A stretch of 64,000 nt of DNA from Ranitomeya imitator. Lineage: Eukaryota. Below, piece after piece: positions 24,032-35,379 of this stretch (the stretch's first letter is position 1; each line of letters begins with the position of its first letter). The stretch lies in the NCBI RefSeq assembly GCF_032444005.1, contig NC_091290.1:43338001-43402000 (forward strand), read 5' to 3'. A program made the position numbers and the translations under genes. Under the pieces are notes generated by a model. That model had not been told where the DNA came from. It made no database searches and was given only the letters and a program-made list of their open reading frames with translations.

Positions 24032-25455
24032 TCACAAATTATGATACGACGATTGTTCCCGCTGAAAACTTTGGTGCCTGATGGGCGAAGCCATATCTAA
24101 AGGTATTGGCGTGTAGGAGTTATTAGGGGGTGGATGGCCGAAGTGGGAAACGTGAGCATTGTGTCGCATCGATGTCTGACACTGTGACCAACCATTGTAA
24201 TTTGATGGCTCTGTCCGCTGTATTGGCCGGGAAGAGACCAAACAAGTGTTCTTGTCCAAATCGCCATCAGTACCCTTGTTTACTGCTTCCAGAATCAGAC
24301 GCTCTGCTAGTATTCTTTGGTTGTCGTCCATTTTTGCCAGTTTGTCAACCACATAGTGTCCAAACCCCTCTAACGCAGGGCTAACATTTCTTGTCAACAC
24401 CTTCTTTGCAAGGCTCAATAGTTCATTTGAGGCGTCTGAGGTGGCTTTCCGTTTTCTTGGACCTTGCCTCGATTGAGTCCTGGCAGGTGCAGCCTCCACT
24501 AAATCTGTTGTCGTGCAGTCCTGTGAACAGTCCAGTGTACTCTCCTGCGCACTGTCATCCTGGGGGGGGGGGAAAAAAAAAACAAGTTATGAACCCGGCA
24601 ACAAAAAGTAGTACCACCATAACCGCATCCAAACTATATATTCGTAGTAGGTAACAAAAAGATTATAATATATTTGATGCTTAGTAATATTCTTTAACCC
24701 TCCCTTTTATTGAATACTTTGAACTACACTGTTCTGACTGTTAGGTGAACCTGACCAATATTTTATAGTCTAAATAGTCTCAACAAGAGTACATCGGCAG
24801 CTTGAAGCGATACTATTTTCTATATTGCTTAGATGGTATGGTTTACATATATCGCCATTTCATACATATTAAGTTCCCCATATAATACTTGACTGCGACA
24901 GGGTTACTTATGTGTACATGTTTTTGTAACAACTTCAAACTGATGTGATAATCAGAAGTATAAAACCTAAAATGCAGAGAAACATTATGTAATTATAGGA
25001 CACATTGGTGAACTTTCGTCCAAAGAGCTACTTACTTGTTGCCCTTGTGACTCCTGCTCGGCGTGGTTCTCCGAAACTATTGGTTCCACAGGTGACAACA
25101 ACCGAAGACACGTGGAAGTCCGTGGCACCTCTTGGTCCCTCAGAAAATTAAGATGCTCAAAATACCAAAGTTTTGGCACATAAACTTCTTCAGTGGAAGC
25201 TCCGGACCTTGTAGTCTGAAGAACCTTGTTCAGCTCCTTCCTCCACACCGTGCGGAGCGCCTGGATTTTCTTTTTAATAACTGCTTCGTTAGCTGCCTCA
25301 TCTGGTGCATGACGATTGTAAAGCTCAATGAGCTGTAAGTAACCCTCCCTCCTCTTTTCCCTGTTACAATACTCAGGAGACTTGATTTTCCTGAGGCAGG
25401 GAAAAGACTGATAAATCTCGATGAAATCCCTGATGAACTCCACACGATTAGACAT
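24032..25455 (-). CDS. MADF-domain protein, the usual Harbinger partner, 2 exons, 315 aa
   Basis: Exon 1 25455-25036 (CAA|GTAAGT), exon 2 24559-24032. MADF motifs FIEIYQSFPCLRKIK and KKKIQALRTVWRKE...YVPKLWYFEHLNFL. BESS-like FGHYVVDKLAKMDDNQRILAERLI. Confidence 0.88.
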
Positions 25456-25539
25456 CTGAAAAATAATTATAAAAAAAAATTACATGGTTGACAAAGAGTC
25501 CTATTAACAATACTTTTGACAGTGTGCCAAACGCTTAAC

Positions 25540-26480
25540 AACAGCAGCCACACAAAGCGCTCATGCCTACCATCGCTTCTTCCATCTGCCACGCCATAGG
25601 CCACCATAACCCAAAACAGTGTACCGCCCACTTCCCTACAGCAGCCACACAAAGCGCTCATGGTGACCATCCATTGTACCATCTGCCACGCTCTAGCTCA
25701 ACAGACACAACCGGTCATAAGCAGTCACAACAGCGTACCATCCGCATCGCTTCAGCGGCGGAACGAAGCGGTAATGCCGACCAAACTGCGTTCCATCTAC
25801 CACGCTGTAGCCCACCAGTCACGACCAGTCACAACCAGTCACGACAGCGTACCATCCGCATCGCTTCTTCCATCTGCTCCGCCATAGGCCACTACCGCCC
25901 GCTTCCCTACAGCAGCCACACAAAGCGCTCATGGTGACCATCCATTGTACCATCTGCCACGCTCTAGCTCAACAGACACAACCGGTCATAAGCAGTCACA
26001 ACAGCGTACCATCCGCATCGCTTCAGCGGCGGAACGAAGCGGTCATGCCGACCAAACTGCGTTCCATCTACCACGCTGTAGCCCACCAGTCACGACCAGT
26101 CACAACCAGTCACAACAGCGTACCATCCGCATCGCTTCTTCCATCTGCTGCGCCATAGGCCACTACTGCCCGCTTCCCTACAGCAGCCACACAAAGCGCT
26201 CATGGTGACCATCCATTGTACCATCTGCCACGCTCTAGCTCAACAGACACAACCGGTCATAAGCAGTCACAACAGCGTACCATCCGCATCGCTTCAGCGG
26301 CGGAATGAAGCGGTCATGCCGAACAAACTGAGTTACATCTACCACGCTGTAGCCCACCAGTCACAACCAAGCACAACAGCGTACCATCTGCCACATTGTA
26401 GCCCTCCAGTCACAACAGTGTACCATCCGCTTCGCTTCAGCGGTGGAACGAAGCACTCATGCCGTCCATACAGCGTTCCA
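25540..26480. repeat. ~271-bp tandem repeat upstream of the MADF gene
   Basis: CAGCAGCCACACAAAGCGCTCATGG recurs at ~25640, 25911 and 26181, with degenerate partial units on both sides. Confidence 0.9.
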
Positions 26481-27451
26481 TCCACCACGCCCAAGCGGTT
26501 TACATACCTCGAAGCAGCGGTGCAAAGCGTGGTATATTCAGCGAAGTAGAAAATTCCAATGTCCAGGTCCACCAAGTGTCCAAGTACGAAGTGAAGAAAG
26601 GAAATTTTGAAAGCAGTGAGGTAGCATTGGGAACAATAGCGCTCAGGTGACAAATTTTCCAACCAATTGTGTGCACAGAACCTTTGGCCTATCAGCACAC
26701 TAGCTAGTAGCACAACACGCCCCTAGTGAACAACGTCACGCACAGATTATGCAAAATTTGCTCTGAATCGTCGTGTGTGACACGACCGTACGACTGTCCC
26801 ATACGACTTCTACATCGCAAATACGTCATGAATTTATCGCTTCAGCGCCGTGCATCGTGTTGTGTGACCGCAGTCTACGATGTTTGAAACGATAATTAAG
26901 CGACGATGTAACGTCACAAATCGTGCCGTCGTAGCGATCAAAATTGCACTGTGTGACGGTACCCTAAGAGTATCAGAGGAAACAGTAACTGTGCTATATA
27001 CAATGAAGGAAAATAGACACCACAGGGATGTAAATTCATGTAAAGGTACAAACAAAGGTCACTATAAGGTTGTGTATTTTGTCCATAGTGTATAGAAGCA
27101 GGAGATGCAAGACCTACAAAAAAAGTCATTATAATTGCAATATATTGATAGGGCAAGTAGGTAGAAGGAGGAGATGCACAACCTGTGGGGTACAACTATC
27201 CAGAGAAGGATGGAATACTGCGAATATGGGCACAATAGATTACCTGTATGGTTCATGGTCCTGGTACGGCGCACACCCCGATGCATGTTTTGGAACGTGT
27301 CCTCTTTATGCATGTAGTGCCACTAATAATGGTATTTTAGCCTTAATTCTATTGTCCTACTCTTTGTTGTTTCACCATATGTTCAGTTACCCTCATTTTG
27401 GTCTTCACAATTCCCAAATGGTCTTCTATTCTTCCCTGTACAGCAGATATA

Positions 27452-27994
27452 CAGCTCTGGCAAAAATTAAGAGACCACCACATCAAAACCCTGTCATGGG
27501 CAGCCCAATCTCCAGACCTGAACCCCATTGAAAACCTCAGGAATGTAATCAAGAGGATGCTGGATAGTCACAAGCCATCAAACAAAGAAGAACTGCTTAC
27601 ATTTTTGAGCCAGAAGCAGTGTGAAAGACTGGTGGAAAGCATGCCAAGACGCATGAAAGCTGTGATTAAAAATCATGGTTATTCCACAAAATATTGATTT
27701 CTGAACTCTTTCTGAGATAAAACATTAGTATTTTTGGTTCTAAATGATTATGAACTTGTTTTCTTTGTATTATTTGAGGTCTGAAAGCACTATTTTTTGT
27801 TTCTTTTATTTTGATAATTTTTCTTTGTCAGAAAAAAAAATACAAAATGTATTGCTTGGAAATTCGGAGACATGTTGCCAGAAGTTTATAGAATAAATGA
27901 ACAATTTACATTTTACTCAAAAATATACATGTAAAGAGAAAAATCAGACAAACTGATAATTTTGCAGTGGTCTCTTATTTTTTTGCCAGAGCTG
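27452..27994 (+). mobile_element. Internally deleted Tc1/mariner element
   Basis: TIR CAGCTCTGGCAAAAATTAAGAGACCAC, TA TSD, transposase C-terminus SPDLNPIENL...ESMPRRMKAVIKNHG. Confidence 0.93.
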
Positions 27995-29314
27995 TAAACT
28001 GTATCACTCACTTTCCAGGAGAATTACTACTCTACCTTTTATGATTAGAGATATATATCTATTGCTGAATTTCTCTTTCAGCCACAGTTTAGAGCCATTA
28101 AAGTACAGTCACTCTTTCTCTGATGAACCTGGACCATACGATCTACAAGGGAATAGGTGACTTTCCCAATGGGGTCCTGTGCAGGAATGGGCCACTTACA
28201 CCATTATATGAGTATTAGTAGTAACCAGCAAAATATGTTTGATTCACTATGCACAGACAGAAGCAGCATTGCATCATTCAATTAGCAAACTACCCAATGT
28301 ATTATATAAACTTCGGAAAGAGAATAATGCAATATTTGCTTGTAGCTGAACAATGGCCATATATATACTGTATATGATATATGGGGATGGACCAAGGTGT
28401 AGTTTTTCTTAAAGAATTTAAAGTCTTCGAATTACTCCTCTACTCCAGAAAAAATACTCAGTTTCCTCCAATTAAAGGGAATCTGTCAGCAGGTTTTCCC
28501 CACATAATCTGAGAGCTGCCCAAAGCAGTAAATTAGACTGATTGGTTGATGATCATAATGAGAGAAGATCCTGTCAACCTCAGCATCTCTACACCAATGC
28601 CGTACTAAATGCTGCTTGTCAGGGGAAGGTGCTAGAGGACGATATGACCCCTAACCGTTGCCCCGTTTGCTTTGCAATATGCATACTCTCAGGCAGAGCC
28701 TGTCTAATGGGTGCAGCCTCACTGCAGACTTTTCATTTTTGACCGGATAACTCCTTTGATAGAAATGACCCTCATGTATATGTGAAAGGCACCTTTTGGG
28801 CCCCACTTGGATCAGAGACCAGGTGCAACTGCAATGTCTGCATCTACTTTTGTAATGACCCTGACACTGGCACCAGCATGATGTTCCTGAGACTGTGAGA
28901 GACTGTATGACACTTTTTTTACAGTATAATGTCACTACAGATAGGTTGACCGTGACTTATTAAGTTATTCCTTTTTAAGGGTCACCTGAAAATTAAACAG
29001 TAGGTCAGAATATTCTTTACCGGACTTAAGAAACATTCATTGTGTTGTGTTCTATTCAAAAAAGCATTGTAAATCAAAAAGTTACCGGTGCCTATTGTTT
29101 AACGTGCATGTGACCTGTCAGAATCAATAGTTTTATAGGAGCGTATAAATTATCTAAAAACCCATTGTTATCAGTGTTAAAAAAAAATTTTAATCAGCCT
29201 TTCTGCAAATTCCAATAGTTTCATCTGTGAATCATTTGCCATCAACATACTGTGATATTTCTTGACATAATACATACTACATTACGTCCTTTTTTTTATT
29301 TATTATTTTAAAGA

Positions 29315-30204
29315 GCCTTTCGCTCAATTTCGAGCCATGGCGACTTGAGGGATGAACGATCTGTAGAAAGATGGATCTTGTGCAGGCCTAGGTAGGTCCA
29401 CAGGGGTTTTCTCCACCATTATCTTGATAGTATCAAGCCATCGAGTTGCTGGTTCCTTCTATTCTTCCAACCATAATGTACTTCTCCAGTGATTGCTCTC
29501 TTCATATGATGTGTCCAAAGAAGGCAAGTCATGGCTTGGTGATCCTTGCTTCCAGCGACATGTCTGGCTTTATTTTTTCCAAAATTGATTTGTTCTTCTT
29601 GCCATTCATGGTATTGATAAAATGCTTTCTCAACACCACATTTTGATTCTTCTGTCTTGTTTCTTTATCTTACAGATTTCACATCTGTATATTACCACAG
29701 AAAAGACTAAACTATGTATGAGCCGTGTCTTCGTCACAATCGTCACTACATCTTGAGTGATCATTAATCTGAGCAGGTTGAAGTACTCTTAGATTCTTAG
29801 TCCTCGTAGGTCCTCCTACGGGTTCCATAATAACACAAAATGAAGCTATGTTTACATCTGTGGCTTTGTGGCTGCATTACATATATCAATATTTTCATAT
29901 TTCATGTTTGATGGCAATGCAATATTGTTAAAATGAAAACAATGGATACTTCAGCAGAATCTGTCCATCGGGCTCCAGTTGCATACTTTATATGATGGAT
30001 CCAGGAGTGTTTTACATAAGTGAAGAAAACATAAGGCTGTTTTTACACATCCAACATTCGTGAACCAAGTATGTATGTGATGCGTGGATTTCTTGACCTA
30101 AACCTATTAGGTTGTCCATACCCTGACTGGGAATGTTGGGTTTGCATAGCCGGCCAAAGAGTGTAAGTAAAGGCCAATTAAATGATCTCATAAAATTTAA
30201 TTTA
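29315..30204 (-). mobile_element. RTE-clade LINE 3' fragment, decayed
   Basis: The minus strand encodes FFGHI..REQSLEKYIMVGRIEG...PATRWLDTIK, typical of an RTE ORF C-terminus. Confidence 0.7.
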
Positions 30205-30212
30205 GTCTTTAT

Positions 30213-30724
30213 TAGTGATGAGCAAATATACTCGTTACTCCAGATTTCCCGAGGTGCTCGGAAATTTAGTTTTTATTGCCACAGCTGAATGATTTACATC
30301 TGTTAGTCAGCATAATTTATCCCATTATCTACCAATGTCCTTTTTTTGGCATGCCTAATCTTTAGCTTCTAGCAACTAAGATTTTATAATTTTTATAATT
30401 AGGTCCAATTTTTTGTGTTGTGTTTGTTAAATGAATGTTTTCGAAATAGGAAATCATGTCATTGTCATTTTTAATTGAATATTGGGACGCCCTTTTCTAA
30501 AAAATCAACACTTGTAAAGACTTTAATTTGCAAAGTAATGGGATAAGTACATGTGGGGATTCCCTAGCAACCAGGCAACCCCCACATGTACTTATGCTGG
30601 CTAACAGATGTAAATCATTCAGCTGTGGCAATAAAAACTAAATTTCCGAACACTAAAAAATACTCGGAGGACACCCGAGCAGGCTCGGGAAGTCTCGAGT
30701 AACGAGTATATTCGCTCATCACTA
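30213..30724. mobile_element. hAT-type MITE with a nested ~230-bp insertion
   Basis: TIR TAGTGATGAGC..ATATACTCGTTACTC, 8-bp TSD GTCTTTAT on both sides. Confidence 0.9.
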
Positions 30725-30819
30725 GTCTTTATAAGAAATTATAACAAATGCTCTTTTATCCTTTGCCTCTCAGATATTCAGTAGATCCAAGAGGGTCCAG
30801 ATAGCAATCTCCTCTAGAA

Positions 30820-31618
30820 TCTATATGTATAATTGTCTAAGGTCCACTTCCATTTGTTTGTCTGTCTGTTTGTCTGTCACGGAAATCCCGCATCGCTGAT
30901 TGGTCGCGGCCACCTGGGCTGGAAACACCAGCGGCTCTGATCTGCAGTAAGATTATTTCTGTCGGTCAGAAAGCTGCGGTTCATCTGACAGCCAGAAGCT
31001 ATGACTGACTTTACTAATCCCATAAGCCTACACCTGCTGTTGCAGATGACAGCGAGAGCAGGTGCGGCCGATGGGAGTATTCATCAGCCGGCACCTACGC
31101 TATAAATAAATTTGAAAAATAATGACACAGCAATCAGTTTTGCCATGCTGGTTAACAAAAATAGAAGATACACCACATCATTTTTTATTATTTTTTCTTT
31201 ATTTATAGTGCACAGGCGCTGGCTGATGAACACTCCCATCAATGGCGCCTGCTCTCAATGTTATCAGTGACAGCAGGCATAGGCTGATGGGAGTAGTGCT
31301 CTCTTATCAGCCAACACCTGTGACAGGAGGTAAATTTTTGACCCCCGGGCACAGCTGCTTGCTCACATTGTCATCTGACAGCATGGGAATGGAAGCACTC
31401 AGATTGGTGGTAATAATCTGACCACCAATCAAAGGCAGTATTTGCCACACTGTCATGCAGATGACAGCATGGAAAACAGTGGATTTTCAGGCCCCCCATT
31501 TATCTGAATAGGGTCGGGGTTTGAGTTCGGGTACTGTTCTGGTACCAGAACCAAACTTTTTTTTAAATGTTTAGCCGAACCCGACGGATCCAAACATCCA
31601 GGGGTTTACCCATCACTA
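30820..31618. mobile_element. Helitron 5' end (30820-~30910) fused to the right part of a hAT-type element ending CCCATCACTA
   Basis: Same Helitron insertion site as 39888, but the sequence switches abruptly at ~30910. Confidence 0.7.
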
Positions 31619-33108
31619 ATAATAACACCAATGCTACTTTTCCTTTATAATATATTACTGGTCACTATCTATGATTTGTTTTTTACACTTTGCTAATATT
31701 TTTCTGTATTTGATACCTGACTAGGACAAGATATATATTTTTTATTTCATTATTATTATTTATTTAATTATAGGGCAATGGGCGATAGGATTGTTGGCTT
31801 ATCATTGACACAACCCTTTATATTATTGTGGCTTTGCACACCTTTTTACATGCTTTTAAATGTAAGTCTTTTTGTGATTCGTTAATAAAATAATATTTTT
31901 ATATCCTCCTCCTGATCTATACATTTCTATACTGCAGTTCAAACCAGCAGTGTGACCATGCCACTGGTCTAAAATGTCAATCTTCAAGAGCGCATTTTCC
32001 CCAGGTGAAGCAGTGAGTTCTTAAAAATACATCTTGCGAAAAAAAACCTTTAATAAATTTGGTGTATTTTACAAATATACAGAGCGATTTACCATTTTAT
32101 ATATATTTTATACAAGTGTCTAGTGATACACAAAAAAGTGTCTAAAACTTTAATTAAATGTGACACATGGATTAGCCAGAATTCTGTCTCAATTCGCCAA
32201 ATTTTTGTTATTAAATGAGCTCCATAGTGTACTTTTCCCAAATTTAGTTATTAAATGAGCTCCATAGTGTATTTTTCTCATTAAAAATTGTGGTTTGCGT
32301 TATACAGCGCTGTTCCATTCTGATGCTATTGCAAAAAAAAAAATCCATATCTGCATATCTCTCTTGCTGCTCAAAAAAGATGTTCTGCATCAGTTGAGGT
32401 ATTTATTATAAGAAGAAATAATGCACTCTAATTGTATATGGTTCATTGTAGACTTCACAGTATCTTTTCTATTTTACAGCATTATAATTTATCCTTTACC
32501 TTATGTCACAATACAAAGCATTGGGATTTTAAAGTGAATCTGTCAGCAGGATTTCACACCCTAAACTATTAATATGCACATGTAGCTCTTTCAAAGACAA
32601 GTCCAGCAATACCTTTACAAGGCCAGTTCATTCCTCCATTACTGAGAAATCAGTGTTTGATTTGATATGTAAATTAGGCTGAAGAGCATTTGTAGGTCTT
32701 AAACCTGTGTCACTCCAGCTCTTTTACCTGCCCAGCGCCACCTTCTCCTGCTTGCCTAAAAGCCTGTATGCTATGTCACTTCAGGTAAAGAAGCCATTCA
32801 GTCAAGCAGGAGGAGGTGGCCCTGGGTGGGGAATAGAGCTGGAGTGACACAGGTTTCAGATCTACAAATTGCTCTTTATCTTCATTTGCATATCAAGTCA
32901 AATGTTGATTTTACAGCAACGGAGGAATGTACTGGCCATGTAAATATTTTGCTGGACTTGTCCTTCCAAGAGCTTCATGCATATATATTAATAGTTTGGG
33001 AGTTGATATTTTGCTGACGGATTTCCTTCAATTTATTATACTTTATAAGTTAACATATTCAGTAATAATAGAAAAAATGTTAAAAGAAAAAAACAACAGC
33101 TTCTACGA

Positions 33109-34164
33109 TCATTTGTACCATTCTCCAAGTTTTGAAATAGTTTTGTTTGGCGGAGCCTCTTTTAGTGCTTTACACACCCTGCAGTAATGAGTCTGCCAAG
33201 GACCACTTCTACAGGGATGAAATCTGGATCTCCATGAAAAATACTGTTGGTAAGCTTTCTCATCACCGTCTAACTTCAAGATATATTTAGCGAGCTCTTC
33301 AGCTGTGGAGAAGTCATCTACGTGGATAAAAGAGTCTTTTGGAATATAGCGTTCATAATTTTTCCGAGTAGGACCAAGAACAACTGGTACGCATCCATAT
33401 ATCAATGCGTTCTTCCAAAGTTTCTCTGTAATATAGTCTTCATGAATAGAGTTTTCAAAGGCGAGATAAAACTTGTACTGTGCCAACGTTTGTTCAAGTT
33501 TATTTCTTGGCAGAGGTACATGCTGCCTTCCATAAATGTCTACAGATAGAAATTTCTTTAGTTCCTGATAATAGCGTACTCTTTTAGAACGTGGGTTCCA
33601 GTTACTTATTGCCCAGGCCACCAGCTTGGTCTTTGGAGGAATTTGGAAGGTATCTTCTTCTTTATTTGGCTCTAACCAACCATAAGGTGAGAAAATATGT
33701 GAGTCAGCTCTGTAAGACATTGTGATGTTGATAAGATCATCCATAAAATGCAAATTTGGGCTATGTGATGGAGACTCCAAGTTAAACCAAACCCAGTACT
33801 GATTTGGTGGTCTTGGCATCTGGGGTAATTGTTCTCTGTAATGACAAACATCTCTGTGATGCATAACAATTGCATCTGCGGAAGAATATAATGATCTGTT
33901 AGCTGTATAAAAGCATCCAGAAAAATCAATGAATGGGGGACATTTATTAAGTGTAAATACATCACCAAATGGCCACGTCCAAAGAAGGATGATCTTAGTA
34001 TTGTTAGCTGTTTCCTGGGGGATACTTGTATATGAAAACTTACTGCTAACCCACGAGCGATTTCCATAGTTAAAAAGTGAAAAGAAAATGGTTGAGAGTA
34101 ACAGTTGTGCAATCAAAATGATAAAAGCATTCCTGTATGTCAGAGTTTTCCCTTGCTGCTCCAT
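33109..34164 (-). CDS. Alpha-1,3-fucosyltransferase (GT10, FUT3/5/6-like), copy 3, 351 aa
   Basis: Same motifs as copy 1; 35 of 351 residues differ. Acceptor at 34227-34226. Confidence 0.95.
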   Translation of the reverse strand: MEQQGKTLTYRNAFIILIAQLLLSTIFFSLFNYGNRSWVSSKFSYTSIPQETANNTKIILLWTWPFGDVFTLNKCPPFIDFSGCFYTANRSLYSSADAIVMHHRDVCHYREQLPQMPRPPNQYWVWFNLESPSHSPNLHFMDDLINITMSYRADSHIFSPYGWLEPNKEEDTFQIPPKTKLVAWAISNWNPRSKRVRYYQELKKFLSVDIYGRQHVPLPRNKLEQTLAQYKFYLAFENSIHEDYITEKLWKNALIYGCVPVVLGPTRKNYERYIPKDSFIHVDDFSTAEELAKYILKLDGDEKAYQQYFSWRSRFHPCRSGPWQTHYCRVCKALKEAPPNKTISKLGEWYK

Positions 34165-34354
34165 TTATTTAGGCAGAATCAATGGAAATGCTTGTATCTG
34201 GAGATGAAACTAACAAGTATCATACCTGTCGGAGAAACACAAAATACATTTATGTCACAAAAACATTGATGTAAATTATTATATATATTTAATTTTAGAA
34301 GGTTCAGCTTCTTTTTATACTAGAGATTTATCTCATCTTGATAACCCCCTTTGT

Positions 34355-34448
34355 AGAAGGACGTAGATCTGGGGATTTATTATGATGGAATATAGGCTGA
34401 ACTGGATGGACAAATGTCTTTTTTCGGCCTTACTAACTATGTTACTAT
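34355..34448 (+). mobile_element. CR1-type LINE 3' tail fragment
   Basis: Absent from the homologous flanks of copies 1 and 2. Ends GGCTGAACTGGATGGACAAATGTCTTTTTTCGGCCTTACTAACTATGTTACTAT. Confidence 0.7.
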
Positions 34449-34841
34449 GTGTTTCATTGGTGCATGTATATGTTATATAGGAGGACCCCTGCTCGGAATC
34501 CTCTCTTTCAGCCATAGACCAAAAAGAAGGAAACTGAAAATATGGTCAAAGAACAAAGAGTATGACGATAGAATTAAGGCTAAAATACCTTTTATTAGTG
34601 AGAGTAAGAAGAAGTAGCGCTACATGCATAAAGAGGAGCCCGCACAAGTTAATAAAAAAGGAAATGAAATATGATTATACATAACAATAAAAATACATTA
34701 AAAACCAAACCATAAGGTAATGGATGGGAAGATAATATATAAATATATTAGCATAAATAGAGTAATTAGCAATTTATAAGAAACAACAAGGCCCACAAGA
34801 GAAGATGGCTCACAGTAGAAGTGTAACCGAAAATGACTCAC

Positions 34842-34912
34842 CGTATGTGTGAAATAGGACAGTCATCGGGATGTAAGAGTATCAGAGGAAACAGTAACTG
34901 TGCTATATATAA
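34842..34912 (-). promoter_or_regulatory. Candidate TATA box and short non-coding first exon of FUT copy 3
   Basis: Minus strand TATATATAG at 34911-34903, then the donor ACG|GTGAGT at 34841, facing the conserved acceptor at 34226. The donor is conserved at 13634 in copy 2. Motif-based only. Confidence 0.45.
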
Positions 34913-35379
34913 TGAAGGAAAATAGACACCACAGGGATGTACATTCATGTAAAGGTACAAACAATACGTCACTATAAGGTTGTGTAGTTTGTCCTAAATA
35001 AAGGAGAGCAAGTGAACAGAAGCAGCCAGGAGATGCAAGACCTACAAAAAAAGTCGTTATAATTGCAATATATTGATAGGGCAAGTAGGTAGAAGGAGGA
35101 GATGCACAACCTGTGGGGTACAACTATCCAGAGAAGGATGGAATACTGCGAATTTGGGCACAATAGATTACCTGTATGGTTCACGGTCCTGGTACGGCGC
35201 ACACCCCGATGCATGTTTTGGAACGTGTCCTCTTTATGCATGTAGTGCCACTAATAAAGGTATTTTAGCCTTAATTCTATTGTCCTACTCTTTGTTGTTT
35301 CACCATATGTTCAGTTACCCTCTTTTTGGTCTTCACAATTCCCAAATGGTCTTCTATTCTTCCCTGTACAGCAGATATA

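Larger units (their letters stand above)
13670..26964 (+). mobile_element. PIF/Harbinger transposon, 13,295 bp, apparently autonomous, four predicted genes
   Basis: 51-bp perfect TIR (GGGTACCGTCACACAGTGCAATTTTGATCGCTACGACGGCACGATTTGTGA), TAA TSD at 13667-13669 and 26965-26967. The empty site GGATGTAAGAGTATC is at 34869-34883 in the paralogous block. Confidence 0.97.

Noticed and set aside
25563-26713. Several 75-124-aa ORFs upstream of MADF
   Set aside because: They are products of the 271-bp tandem repeat, with no domain or splice support.
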